A stretch of 64,000 nt of DNA from Caulobacteraceae bacterium (GCA_035604135.1 DATNJB010000085.1:13451-77450), one strand, 5' to 3'; numbered from the stretch's first letter, positions 19,127 to 29,021 are shown. Numbers and translations: made by a program. The notes: generated by a model from the letters alone, not told the origin.

Positions 19127-19756
19127 ATGCAGAACTTCCCAGACGACATCTTCACCGAGCCCGGGGACGTTGATCCCGACACACTGGCCAACCTGGGTCC
19201 GCTCGCGCCGATGGCCGGGGTCTGGGAGGGAACCAAGGGCCTCGACATCAACCCTGGCCCCGGGCCCCAGCGCCAGGTCTTCATCGAGCACATGGCGCTG
19301 CAGCCGATCGACCCGCAGACGAACGGGCCACAGCTCCTTTACGGGCTTCACTACGTCACCCGCATCGTCAAGCCGGACGCGCCAGAGACCTATCACCACC
19401 AGACCGGCTATTGGCTGTGGGACGCAGCGAACGAGACGGTCTTCCAGACGCTCGCCATCCCTCGTGTGCAGGCGGTGCTGGCGTCCGGCCATGCGACGAA
19501 GGACGCAAAGCAGTTCGAGCTTATGGCGACGCGCGGCTCGACCGAGGCCGGCATCGTCTCGGGCCCCTTCCTCGAATACGCCTTCCGCACCGACTCCTAC
19601 CGGATCACGGTCACCGTCCACGACGACGGCCGCTGGTCCTACGACGAGGAGACGGTGCTGACCATCAAGGGCCAGGCGGCGCCCTTCCTGCACAAGGACT
19701 CCAACACCCTGACCCGCACCGCCCCACCCACCCCGAACCCGCTATTGCGAGCCTAG
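19127..19756 (+). CDS. FABP/nitrobindin-like beta-barrel protein (DUF1794-type)
   Basis: LGPLAPMAGVWEG, YHHQTGYWLWD, GIVSGPFLEYAF, FLHKDSNTLTR. Confidence 0.78.
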   Translation: MQNFPDDIFTEPGDVDPDTLANLGPLAPMAGVWEGTKGLDINPGPGPQRQVFIEHMALQPIDPQTNGPQLLYGLHYVTRIVKPDAPETYHHQTGYWLWDAANETVFQTLAIPRVQAVLASGHATKDAKQFELMATRGSTEAGIVSGPFLEYAFRTDSYRITVTVHDDGRWSYDEETVLTIKGQAAPFLHKDSNTLTRTAPPTPNPLLRA

Positions 19757-19781
19757 GCCGCCGACGGCGCTGCGATGCTCG

Positions 19782-19880
19782 GTTTAACCGCCAAGGACGC
19801 TAAGGACGCGAAGTGTTGATCCGCAAACGTCTGGGCGAGCGCGGCCCCCTTGGCGAACTTCGCGTCCTTAGCGGTTAAAC
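19782..19880. repeat. Palindromic element D of the 9-nt periodic family
   Basis: Perfect termini gtttaaccgc...gcggttaaac; left accgccaag-gacgctaag-gacgcgaag; right cttggcgaa-cttcgcgtc-cttagcggt. Confidence 0.9.
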
Positions 19881-19885
19881 GACTT

Positions 19886-21958
19886 CTACCCCGCCGCTTG
19901 GCCCCCGTCGGGGCGCCAGTCGAAGAGCGCTTGCAATGTGCGGACGGCCCGGCCGCGGGGGCTGGTGAGGTCGGGGTCGCGGCTCAGCAGCAGGCGTGCG
20001 TCGTCGGCGGCGACGGCGATAAGGTCGCGGTGGGCGGCGGGGTCGGCGAGCCGATAGGCGGGAAAGCCGCTCTGCTTCAGGCCCAGCGGATCGCCGCCGC
20101 CGCGCAGCTCGAGGTCCTTCTCCGCGATCAGGAAGCCGTCGTCGGTGCGCCTGAGGATATCCAGCCTGGACTGTGCAAGCGCGCTGAGCGGCGGGTCGTA
20201 GAGCAGGACGCAGGCGCTCTCTGCCTGCCCGCGCCCGACCCGCCCGCGCAGCTGGTGCAGCTGGGCGAGGCCAAAGCGCTCGGCCTGCTCGATGACCATG
20301 ATCGAGGCGGCCGGCACGTCGACGCCGACCTCGACCACGGTGGTGGCGACCAGGAGCTTGATGCGGCCCTCGGCGAAGGCGGCCATGACCGCGTCCTTCT
20401 CGGCCGGCTTCAGCTGGCCGTGCACCAGCCCGACCTCTGGACCCAGCACTCGGCGCAGCGCCGCGGCGCGCGCTTCGGCCGCCGCCAGGTCGCTGTCCTC
20501 GGACTCGGCGACCAGCGGGCAGATCCAGAAGGCCTGCGCCCCCTGAGCGATCACCGCGCGCAGCCGCTCGACGACCTCGCCGATCCGCGTCTTCGGCGCG
20601 GCGCGCGTCGCCACCGGCTTGCGGCCAGGCGGCTTCTCCTCCAGCCGTGAGATGTCGAGGTCGCCGTAGACCGTCAGCTCCAGCGTGCGTGGGATCGGCG
20701 TCGCCGACATGGCCAGCACGTGGGCGCCGGCGCCCTTGTCGGTCAGCCGTTTGCGCTCGGAGACGCCGAAGCGGTGCTGCTCGTCGATCACGGTCAGCGC
20801 CAACGACCGGAAGGCGACGTCGTCCTGGAAGAGCGCGTGGGTGCCGACCGCGACGGCCGCCTGGCCGGAGGCGAGGTGCGCGAGCTTCTCGGACCGCGGC
20901 GCGCCGCGGTCGCGGCCGGTCAGGAGCACGGTCTTGATCCCTTGCGCCGCCAGGGGCTCGGCGATGGTCTCGAAGTGCTGGCGGGCGAGGATCTCGGTCG
21001 GCGCCATCAGCGCCGATTGCAGTCCGGCTTGCGCGGCGTCGGCCATGGCCAGCATGGCCACCATCGTCTTGCCGGCGCCCACATCGCCCTGCAGCAGGCG
21101 CGACATGCGCTGGCCGGACGCGAGGTCGGCGCGAACCTCGCCCAGGCTCCGCACCTGCGCGCCGGTGAGGCGGAAGGGCAGGGCGCGTTCCACCGCCTCG
21201 GCCAGCCTGCCCGAGCGGATGCTGGGCGCCGCCGCCGCCTTCTGTCCCGCTTTGCGTTGCGCCAGCGCGAGTTGGTGGGCGAAGAGCTCGTCGTAGGCCA
21301 GCCTGCGTCTGGCAGGCGCGCTGGGGGCCAGATCGGCGTCGGTCGAAGGCGCGTGCATGGCCGCCAGCGCCGCGCGCCAGCCCGGCCAGCGCTGGCGGGC
21401 TATCCAGGCCGCGTCCTGCCACTCGGGCAGCTCCGGGGCGCGGGCAAGGGCCTCCAACGCCAGCTTGCGCACCGTGCGCGCGTGCAGGTCGCCGCTGGCC
21501 GGGTAGATGGCTTCGAAGCTCGGGATCTCGTCGACCTGCTCGGCGGGCAGGAAGTAGTCGGGATGGGCGATCGTGATCTCGTCGCGGAACCGCTCCACCT
21601 TGCCGCTGACCGCGCGCCGCGCGCCGGGCGGATGCCGCAGGGCCAGGTGCTCGCCGGCGCCGCGGAACCAGACCAGGAACAGGAACCCCGCCTCGTCGAG
21701 CGTGCGGATGCGATACGGCAGGTCGCGGCGTCCGGGCGGGAAATGCTTGTCGATGGCGACGACGAAGGTCTGCGCTTCGCCCTCGCGCGCCTCGGCCGTT
21801 GTCGCCCGCGAGCGGTGCACGATGCTGTGCGGGCTCACGAACAGCACGTCGCGCACATACGGTCCCGCCAACCGCTCCAGCGTGGGCGCGAGCTTCGGCC
21901 CGACGCCCTTCAGCGAGGCTGACGGCGCGAACAGCGGGAAGAGAATCTCCGGACGCAT
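19886..21958 (-). CDS. recG: ATP-dependent DNA helicase RecG
   Basis: RLLQGDVGAGKT, VIDEQHRFG, MSATPIPRTL, ERFGLAQLHQLRGRVGRG. Confidence 0.97.
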   Translation of the reverse strand: MRPEILFPLFAPSASLKGVGPKLAPTLERLAGPYVRDVLFVSPHSIVHRSRATTAEAREGEAQTFVVAIDKHFPPGRRDLPYRIRTLDEAGFLFLVWFRGAGEHLALRHPPGARRAVSGKVERFRDEITIAHPDYFLPAEQVDEIPSFEAIYPASGDLHARTVRKLALEALARAPELPEWQDAAWIARQRWPGWRAALAAMHAPSTDADLAPSAPARRRLAYDELFAHQLALAQRKAGQKAAAAPSIRSGRLAEAVERALPFRLTGAQVRSLGEVRADLASGQRMSRLLQGDVGAGKTMVAMLAMADAAQAGLQSALMAPTEILARQHFETIAEPLAAQGIKTVLLTGRDRGAPRSEKLAHLASGQAAVAVGTHALFQDDVAFRSLALTVIDEQHRFGVSERKRLTDKGAGAHVLAMSATPIPRTLELTVYGDLDISRLEEKPPGRKPVATRAAPKTRIGEVVERLRAVIAQGAQAFWICPLVAESEDSDLAAAEARAAALRRVLGPEVGLVHGQLKPAEKDAVMAAFAEGRIKLLVATTVVEVGVDVPAASIMVIEQAERFGLAQLHQLRGRVGRGQAESACVLLYDPPLSALAQSRLDILRRTDDGFLIAEKDLELRGGGDPLGLKQSGFPAYRLADPAAHRDLIAVAADDARLLLSRDPDLTSPRGRAVRTLQALFDWRPDGGQAAG

Positions 21959-22020
21959 GCCTTGCGCAGCATATAGTGCAGGTGGCGGCGGTTGCGCGGG
22001 CGTTCTATATGCGCCTTCCC

Positions 22021-22287
22021 ATGCCTGACGCCCGCCTCGACAAACTGCGCTATCGCGCCTGGCGGCGAGGGTTTCGCGAGGCCGACCTCATCCTTGGCAG
22101 CTTTGCCGACGCGCGGCTCGCCGGCCTCGACCCCGCCGCGGTCGACGCCTTCGAACACCTGCTCGACCAGCCGGACCAGGACGTGTGGGATTGGGTGGTG
22201 CTCAACGTTCCTGCGCCGCCGTCCATCGACAGCGGCCTCATCGCGCAGATCCGCGCCTTCGACGTCAGCGGGGCGCTCCGCCGATGA
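22021..22287 (+). CDS. sdhE: Succinate dehydrogenase flavinylation factor SdhE
   Basis: LRYRAWRRGFREADLILG motif; usual position between recG and mfd. Confidence 0.9.
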   Translation: MPDARLDKLRYRAWRRGFREADLILGSFADARLAGLDPAAVDAFEHLLDQPDQDVWDWVVLNVPAPPSIDSGLIAQIRAFDVSGALRR

Positions 22288-25200
22288 GCCTGATCGAGCG
22301 CGAGCGCGCGGACCTGAGCAGCGTGGCGTTCGCGCCAGGCGCGCTCGAGCTTACCGGCGCCCCGGAGGGGTTCGATGCGCTGGCGGTCGCCGACATGACC
22401 CGCGCGCGGGGCGGCCTGACGGTCTTCGTCGCCCGCGACGGCGCGCGCGCTCAGGCCTTCGCCGACGCTTTCGACTTCTTCGCTCCGGATACCGAGCTGA
22501 TCGCCTTCCCTGCCTGGGATTGCCTGCCCTACGACCGCATGAGCCCGTCATCGGGCATCGCCGCGCGCCGGGTGGCTGCGCTGGCGCGGCTGGCCAAGGG
22601 CGACGGCGAGGGACCGCGCGTCCTTGTCACGCCGGCCCACGCCTTGATGCAGCGCGTGCCGCCTCGCGCGATCCTGGGCGAGGCCGGGTATGCCGCCCGG
22701 GCCGGGCAGGAGGTCGATCTTGCCGGCCTCGAACGCTACCTCGCCGTCAACGGCTACCAGCGCGCCTCGACCGTCAGCGAGCGCGGCGAGTTCGCCATCC
22801 GTGGCGGCGTGATCGACGTCTTTCCACCGGGTGCGGACGAGCCGGTCCGCCTCGACTTGTTCGGCGATGTGCTCGAGACCATCCGCACCTTCGACCCGGT
22901 GTCGCAGCGCTCGACCGGCCGGCTCAATTCGATCGAGCTCATGCCGGTGTCGGAGGTGCTGCTCGACAACGACTCAATCGCCCGCTTCCGCCATGCTTAC
23001 GGCTCGGCGTTCGGCGCCACGAGCGAGGACCCGCTGTTCGCGACGGTCAGCGAGGGCGGCCGGCGCGGCGGCATGGAGCACTTCCTGCCGCTGTTCTACC
23101 CCAAGCTCGAGACGCTGTTCGACTACCTGCCCGCCGATGCCTTGATCGCCCTCGACCATCTCGCCGATGCAGCACGCGACGAACGCCTGGCGATGATCGC
23201 GGACGCGTTCGAGGCGCGGATCGATGCCGACAAGGCGCGCGGGGCCCATCATCCGCTGCCGCCCGACGCGCTCTATCTCACCCCAGTCGAGTGGGACGCG
23301 CGGCTCGCCGTCCATCCGTCGCGCCGGTTCACGCCATTCGAGCACGAGGGCGCCGCCGACAAGGTCGACCTGGGCGCCAAGCTCGGCCGCACCTTCGCCG
23401 CCGAACGGGCCGCCGAGACGACCAACCTGTTCGAAGCGACCGTCGACCATGCGCGGCGGCTCACCGCCGCCGGCAAGCGCGTGCTCTTCGCCTCCTGGTC
23501 CGACGGCTCGTCCGAGCGGCTGGGGACCATGCTGGCCGACCATGGCCTGAAGGACATAGCGCTGGCGCGCGATTGGCCGTCTGTGCAGGGCAGGGACGCC
23601 CGTCAGCCGCTCCGGGTCGTCCTGCCGCTCGACGCCGGGTTCGAGACGCCGGACCTGGCCGTCATCTCCGAGACCGACATCCTCGGCGACCGCCTGGCCC
23701 GCTCTGGCCGGCGGCGGCGAGCGCAGAACTTCATCACCGAGGCCACCTCGCTCGCCCCGGGCGATCTCGTCGTGCACATCGACCACGGCATCGGCCGCTA
23801 CACCGGCCTGCAGACGCTGACGGTGCAGGATGCGCCGCACGACTGCCTGGCCATCGACTACGCGGAGGAGTCGAAGCTCTACCTGCCGGTCGAGAACATC
23901 GACCTCCTCAGTCGCTACGGCTCGGACGCCGAGGGCGTGCAGCTCGACCGGCTGGGTGGCGCGGCCTGGCAGGCGCGGAAAGCGCGGGCCAAGGAACGCC
24001 TGCGCGAGATGGCCGAGAGCCTGATCGCCATCGCCGCCGCCCGGCAGCTGAAGGCCATCCCCGAGATCGATCCGCCGGCGGGGCTGTTCGACGAGTTCTG
24101 CGCCCGCTTCCCCTACGAGGAGACCGACGACCAGCTGTCGACGATCGGCGACGTGCTGACCGATCTGGCGTCCGGCCATCCCATGGACCGACTGGTCTGC
24201 GGCGACGTGGGCTTCGGCAAGACCGAGGTCGCGCTCCGCGCCGCCTTCGTGGTGGCGATGAGCGGCCGGCAGGTCGCGGTTGTCTGCCCGACCACGCTGC
24301 TCGCGCGCCAGCACTTCACGACCTTCACCGAGCGCTTCCACGGCTGGCCGGTGCGGGTGAGCCGCCTCTCGCGCCTCGTTCCGGCCGCCGAAGCGGCCAA
24401 GACCCGCGAGGGTCTGAAGAAGGGCGAGATCGAGATTGTGATCGGCACCCACGCGGTGCTGTCGAAACAGGTGCAGTTCCACGACCTCGGCCTCGTGGTC
24501 GTCGACGAGGAGCAGCACTTCGGGGTCAAGCACAAGGAGGCGCTGAAGACACTGCGCGCCGAAGTGCATGTGCTGACGCTCTCGGCCACGCCCATCCCGC
24601 GAACCCTGCAGATGGCGCTTTCCGGAATCCGCGAGATGTCGATCATCGCCACCCCGCCGGTCGATCGCCTGGCCGTGCGCACCCACATCACCCCGCTCGA
24701 CCCGATCGTCATCCGCGAGGCGCTGCTGCGCGAGAAGTACCGCGGCGGGCAGGCCTATGTGGTCGCGCCGCGCATCCGCGACCTGCCGGAGATCCAGAAG
24801 TTCCTGCGCGAGCAGGTGCCGGAAGTGAAGTTCGTGACCGGCCATGGCCAGATGGCGCCGACCCAGCTCGAGGACGTGATGAGCGCCTTCTACGACGGCC
24901 GCTACGACGTCTTGCTCTCGACCTCGATCGTGGAGTCCGGCCTCGACATCCCGACCGCCAACACACTCGTGGTCTATCGCGCGGATATGTTCGGCTTGGC
25001 CCAGCTCTACCAGCTGCGCGGCCGGGTCGGACGGGCCAAGGCGCGCGCCTACGCCTACCTGACGACGCCGGAGCACCGGGCGCTGACCGCCTCGGCCGAA
25101 AAGCGCCTGCGCGTCATGCAGTCGCTGGACAGCCTGGGCGCTGGCTTCCAGCTTGCCAGCCATGATCTCGACATCCGCGGCGGCGGCAATCTGCTTGGCG

Positions 25201-25775
25201 AGGAGCAGTCCGGCCACATCCGCGAGATCGGCGTTGAACTCTACCAGCAGATGCTGGAGGACGCGGTCGCCGAGCTGCGCGCCAAGGCCGGCGCTGGCGA
25301 GATCGTGCTCGACCGCGGCTGGTCGCCGCAGATCAACGCCGGTGCGGCCGTCCTCATCCCCGACCACTATGTGCCTGACCTGAACGTCAGGCTGGCGCTC
25401 TACCGTCGTCTCTCCGACGCCGAGAGGCCCGAGGACCGAGAGGCGCTGGCGGCCGAAATGATCGACCGCTTCGGTCCGCTGCCGCCCGAGACCGGCCAGC
25501 TCCTCAAGGTCGTCGCCATCAAGGGCCTCTGCCGGCAGGCGAACGTTGCGAAGATCGACGTGGGTCCAAAGGGCGCCGCCATCAGTTTCCGCGACAACCA
25601 CTTCGCCCACCCGACCGCGCTCGTCGCCTACATTCAGAAGAACGCCAGCACCTGGCGCATCCGCCCCGACCAGACGGTGCTCGTCCGCGGGGAATGGGAG
25701 ACCTCCGACCAGCGCCTGGGCGCCGCTGAACGCATCCTGAGCGAGCTCGCCCGGATGGCGGGCGCGGAGGGGTAG
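22284..25775 (+). CDS. mfd: Transcription-repair coupling factor
   Basis: GDLVVHIDHGIGRY, DRLVCGDVGFGKTEVA, DEEQHFGVKHKE, GGGNLLGEEQSGHI. Confidence 0.98.
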   Translation: MSLIERERADLSSVAFAPGALELTGAPEGFDALAVADMTRARGGLTVFVARDGARAQAFADAFDFFAPDTELIAFPAWDCLPYDRMSPSSGIAARRVAALARLAKGDGEGPRVLVTPAHALMQRVPPRAILGEAGYAARAGQEVDLAGLERYLAVNGYQRASTVSERGEFAIRGGVIDVFPPGADEPVRLDLFGDVLETIRTFDPVSQRSTGRLNSIELMPVSEVLLDNDSIARFRHAYGSAFGATSEDPLFATVSEGGRRGGMEHFLPLFYPKLETLFDYLPADALIALDHLADAARDERLAMIADAFEARIDADKARGAHHPLPPDALYLTPVEWDARLAVHPSRRFTPFEHEGAADKVDLGAKLGRTFAAERAAETTNLFEATVDHARRLTAAGKRVLFASWSDGSSERLGTMLADHGLKDIALARDWPSVQGRDARQPLRVVLPLDAGFETPDLAVISETDILGDRLARSGRRRRAQNFITEATSLAPGDLVVHIDHGIGRYTGLQTLTVQDAPHDCLAIDYAEESKLYLPVENIDLLSRYGSDAEGVQLDRLGGAAWQARKARAKERLREMAESLIAIAAARQLKAIPEIDPPAGLFDEFCARFPYEETDDQLSTIGDVLTDLASGHPMDRLVCGDVGFGKTEVALRAAFVVAMSGRQVAVVCPTTLLARQHFTTFTERFHGWPVRVSRLSRLVPAAEAAKTREGLKKGEIEIVIGTHAVLSKQVQFHDLGLVVVDEEQHFGVKHKEALKTLRAEVHVLTLSATPIPRTLQMALSGIREMSIIATPPVDRLAVRTHITPLDPIVIREALLREKYRGGQAYVVAPRIRDLPEIQKFLREQVPEVKFVTGHGQMAPTQLEDVMSAFYDGRYDVLLSTSIVESGLDIPTANTLVVYRADMFGLAQLYQLRGRVGRAKARAYAYLTTPEHRALTASAEKRLRVMQSLDSLGAGFQLASHDLDIRGGGNLLGEEQSGHIREIGVELYQQMLEDAVAELRAKAGAGEIVLDRGWSPQINAGAAVLIPDHYVPDLNVRLALYRRLSDAERPEDREALAAEMIDRFGPLPPETGQLLKVVAIKGLCRQANVAKIDVGPKGAAISFRDNHFAHPTALVAYIQKNASTWRIRPDQTVLVRGEWETSDQRLGAAERILSELARMAGAEG

Positions 25776-25855
25776 GCCGCCTCAAGGCCAACTGGCGCGC
25801 GGCTGCGACCACGCCCAGCGACCTCGCCCGACCTGATCGCGAAGGCCCTGAGCGC

Positions 25856-26413
25856 CTAACTGATGATCGTGGGCATCGGCGGCGGGGCCGGCGGCTGGGC
25901 GCCGGCCTTGGCGGCGATCGCTTCGGCGAGCAGGCGCCGCGCACGCAGCCACATCTCCAGCCCCTGGACCACCATCATCCCAACCGCCAGGAGAACGAAC
26001 GCGTCGGCGATGGCGATGATCGACAGATGCGCGACCGAAGCGCTCTCGAGCGCTGCGCCGCGGAGCGCGTAGCGGACAACGAGCAACCCGAAGATGAACA
26101 CCAGACCGAGTGGTGAAGCGCGCGCGCTGAGCTCGTGGGTCTCCGGATGGACGTGGATGTGCATGGACTTGCCGCGCAGCCAACCCAGGCCGCCGCCGAT
26201 GGCGAGCGCGACGACCAGCAGCGCGATGTTCGGGAAGTCGAGCGGCGGCGCCGAAGCGGTGAGCGCCAGCGCCATCATCGCTATGAAGATCGCCGGCCGG
26301 ATCCACAGCCGCTCGATCCTGAGCGGCCGCGGCCGCGAATTTCTGAGGATCAGGATCGGGATGACGATCGCCAACGGCACGAGCAGGCCGATCAGCTGCG
26401 GACTCAAGCTCAT
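25856..26413 (-). CDS. CcdC/DUF1453 family membrane protein
   Basis: R.RPLRIERLWIRP, GGGLGWLRG, VRYALR pattern; hydrophobic segments. Confidence 0.7.
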   Translation of the reverse strand: MSLSPQLIGLLVPLAIVIPILILRNSRPRPLRIERLWIRPAIFIAMMALALTASAPPLDFPNIALLVVALAIGGGLGWLRGKSMHIHVHPETHELSARASPLGLVFIFGLLVVRYALRGAALESASVAHLSIIAIADAFVLLAVGMMVVQGLEMWLRARRLLAEAIAAKAGAQPPAPPPMPTIIS

Positions 26414-26421
26414 GCGTGCGT

Positions 26422-27747
26422 CTATCCGGCCTTGAGCTGCAGCGCCGTCGCCGCCGCGCGTTCAAGCGCGCGGGCGGCGTTCTCGCCGGCCTCGACCTCG
26501 GCGACCCCGATGTCGAACTCGACCACGAACGGCGCGCGGTTCTCGCCGGCGTCGAAGGCGGTGCAGGCGATGACGGCGCAGATGCGCTCGCCGGCGGCCT
26601 GCGCGGCCGCCTGGCCGGTCGCCGGCAGCGCCAGGGCGAACACCTCTGGTCCGAGCCTGGCGGCGGTGTCCTCGACGCGGATCAGCCGGCCGATCATCGA
26701 GCCGATTTGCGGCGTCGCCCGGTCCAGCCAGCCGCCCTTGCGGGCCAGCGTCAGCTCCGGCCGGTCGGCGACGCGCAGCACGCAGAGCGACAACGGCCGC
26801 CGCCGCTGGCGGCTCGCTTGCACGAGCCGCGCGAGGTGGGCGGCGAACAGGTCGCGCGTGAAAAGGCCGGTCGCCGCGTCCATCAGGCCGGAGCTTCGCG
26901 CCTTCTCCAAGGCCTGGCGGATGGCGATCTGCCGCCGATAGGCGGCGGCGAGCTCGATCACCCGCTTGGCGGTCTCCAGCGCCGGCGTGTCCGGGGTCGC
27001 CAGGTCGGAGATGCCTCGGTGATAGGCCTCGGCCACGCCGATCTGGGCCGGGCTCTGCAGGTAGAGGAGGGCGGGGATGTGGTAGAGCCGGGTATTGCGC
27101 CGCATGCCGGTGGCGATCGAGAGCGCCTCCGACTGGTTCTCGCCGGCCCAGAGCGCGACCGCATCGAACGTGCGCTCGTGCAGGTAGTCGAAGGCGGTGT
27201 AGGCGGTGAACGCGCCCACCACCTCAGCGCCGGTGCGGGCGAGGGCGTTCGACAGCGCCAGGAACTCGGGCGCCGGCTCGCCGACCGCCAGGATGCGCAA
27301 CGGGCTCGCCGCCTCGGTCGGCACTTCGAGCCGGCGTCCGCGTTCGGCGAAGGTTTCCCGCCGGAGCTCGAACTCCTCTTCGGCGATCGCCATGCGCACG
27401 AGAGATTCGAGCCGGAGCGCGGCTTGCGCCGGATGCAGCGGCGGCGCCAGCGTCAGATCGAGGTTGTCGGTCGGCGCCCCGGGTTCTGGCTCGCCGATGG
27501 CGATCACCGGCAGGCGGCGCGGTGCGTAGGCCGCCTTCAGCCGCCGCGCCAGCGTCGGCGCATCCTGCGGCCCCGTGGTGGCGTCCACGATCGCGGCTTC
27601 GATCTCCATGTCGGCCAGGGCGGCCAGGGCGGCGTAGGGACCTCTCGCCGTGAGCGTGCGCCAGCCCAGCCGGTCGAGCCCTTCGGCCAGCGGCCCCGCA
27701 AGGGCGTCATCGCGGGCGACGATCAGAACGCGCGCTCGGACCGACAA
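26422..27747 (-). CDS. popA: PopA-like c-di-GMP effector (two REC-like domains plus degenerate GGDEF)
   Basis: 441 aa; RVED I-site followed by degenerate GPEVF in place of GGDEF; PleD-like architecture. Confidence 0.85.
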   Translation of the reverse strand: MSVRARVLIVARDDALAGPLAEGLDRLGWRTLTARGPYAALAALADMEIEAAIVDATTGPQDAPTLARRLKAAYAPRRLPVIAIGEPEPGAPTDNLDLTLAPPLHPAQAALRLESLVRMAIAEEEFELRRETFAERGRRLEVPTEAASPLRILAVGEPAPEFLALSNALARTGAEVVGAFTAYTAFDYLHERTFDAVALWAGENQSEALSIATGMRRNTRLYHIPALLYLQSPAQIGVAEAYHRGISDLATPDTPALETAKRVIELAAAYRRQIAIRQALEKARSSGLMDAATGLFTRDLFAAHLARLVQASRQRRRPLSLCVLRVADRPELTLARKGGWLDRATPQIGSMIGRLIRVEDTAARLGPEVFALALPATGQAAAQAAGERICAVIACTAFDAGENRAPFVVEFDIGVAEVEAGENAARALERAAATALQLKAG

Positions 27748-27893
27748 CAGCTTCCCTTCCGTCTTGACGCCGCGGCGCCGTTTTCGCCGTCGCGCAACTG
27801 GACTAGCGTGGACTCAGGGCCCGCCGCCACCATAGCAGAGGCGCCGCAAGGCGGTAGCGATTCGGCGGCCCTCACCAAGGTGGGAGCGCCAGC

Positions 27894-29021
27894 ATGGGCC
27901 AGGGGCCTTTATCGGGATTGAAGATCGTCGAATTCGCCGGCATCGGGCCGGGTCCGTTCTGCGGCATGCTTTTGTCGGACCTCGGCGCGGACGTGGTTCG
28001 CATCGACCGCAAGGGCTCGGGCCGGGGGTCAAAGTTCGACGTGACCAGCCGCGGACGGCGTTCGGTCGCACTCGACCTGAAGACCCCGCAGGCCGTCGAA
28101 GCCTGCCTGACGCTCATGCAGCGCGCCGACGCGGTGTTCGAGGGCTTCAGGCCCGGCGTGATGGAGCGTCTAGGCCTCGGTCCCGAGATCGCGCTCAAGC
28201 GCAACCCGAGGCTCGTCTACGGCCGCATGACGGGCTGGGGGCAGACCGGCCCGCTCTCGCAAGCCGCCGGGCATGACATCAACTACATCGCGCTCACCGG
28301 CGCGCTGGCGGCGATCGGCACGGCGGAAAAACCCGTCCCGCCGCTCAACCTGGTCGGCGATTTCGGCGGTGGGGCGCTCTATCTCGCCTTCGGCCTTTTG
28401 GCCGGGATCATCCACGCGCGGGCGACCGGCGTGGGGCAGGTGGTCGACTGCGCCATGACCGACGGGTCGGCCTCGCTGATGGCCATGTTCTACGGGATGA
28501 CCGCCTCCGGTATGTGGCGCACTGGGCGCAGCGCCAACATGCTGGATGGCGGCGCGCAGTTCTACGACGTCTATCAGTGCAAGGACGATAAGTGGATCGC
28601 ACTCGGATCAATTGAGCCTCAATTTTACGCACTACTACTTGAGAAGACGGGGATAAACGATCCACAGTTCAAGGCGCAGATGAACCGCGAAGACTGGCCC
28701 GAGCTGAAGCGCAAACTGGCCACGGTGATCAGGACCCGCACCCGCGACGAGTGGGAGGAGATCATGGGCGGCTCCGACGTCTGTTTCGCGCCGGTTTTGG
28801 GCATCGACGAGGCGCCCAGTCACCCGCACAACGCCGCCCGGCAGACTTTCGTGACCGTCGAGGGGGTGGTGCAGCCGGCGCCGGCCCCGCGGTTCTCGGC
28901 TTCACCCTCCGGCCCACCGGCGCCGCCGCCCGCGATCGGGGCGCACAACCGTGAGGCCCTGGCCGACTGGGGCTTCGACGCCGAGACGATAACGGCGTTG
29001 GAGTCGGTTGCGGCGCTCTGA
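27894..29021 (+). CDS. CaiB/BaiF family III CoA-transferase (alpha-methylacyl-CoA racemase-like)
   Basis: [46 protein letters not shown]. Confidence 0.92.
   Translation: MGQGPLSGLKIVEFAGIGPGPFCGMLLSDLGADVVRIDRKGSGRGSKFDVTSRGRRSVALDLKTPQAVEACLTLMQRADAVFEGFRPGVMERLGLGPEIALKRNPRLVYGRMTGWGQTGPLSQAAGHDINYIALTGALAAIGTAEKPVPPLNLVGDFGGGALYLAFGLLAGIIHARATGVGQVVDCAMTDGSASLMAMFYGMTASGMWRTGRSANMLDGGAQFYDVYQCKDDKWIALGSIEPQFYALLLEKTGINDPQFKAQMNREDWPELKRKLATVIRTRTRDEWEEIMGGSDVCFAPVLGIDEAPSHPHNAARQTFVTVEGVVQPAPAPRFSASPSGPPAPPPAIGAHNREALADWGFDAETITALESVAAL

Noticed and set aside
18293-19693. 466-aa minus-strand ORF
   Set aside because: Chimera of the antisense of the nitrobindin-like gene, the real isomerase N-half and post-frameshift sequence
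8772-19880. Possible CRISPR arrays
   Set aside because: Units are ~9 nt and contiguous, with no unique spacers between repeats and no cas genes
22974-25610. 878-aa antisense ORF and other long shadow ORFs (e.g. 5489-7102, 7228-8802, 30424-32139, 57454-58803)
   Set aside because: They overlap well-supported genes on the opposite strand; stop-poor frames are expected at this GC content, and they have no motifs
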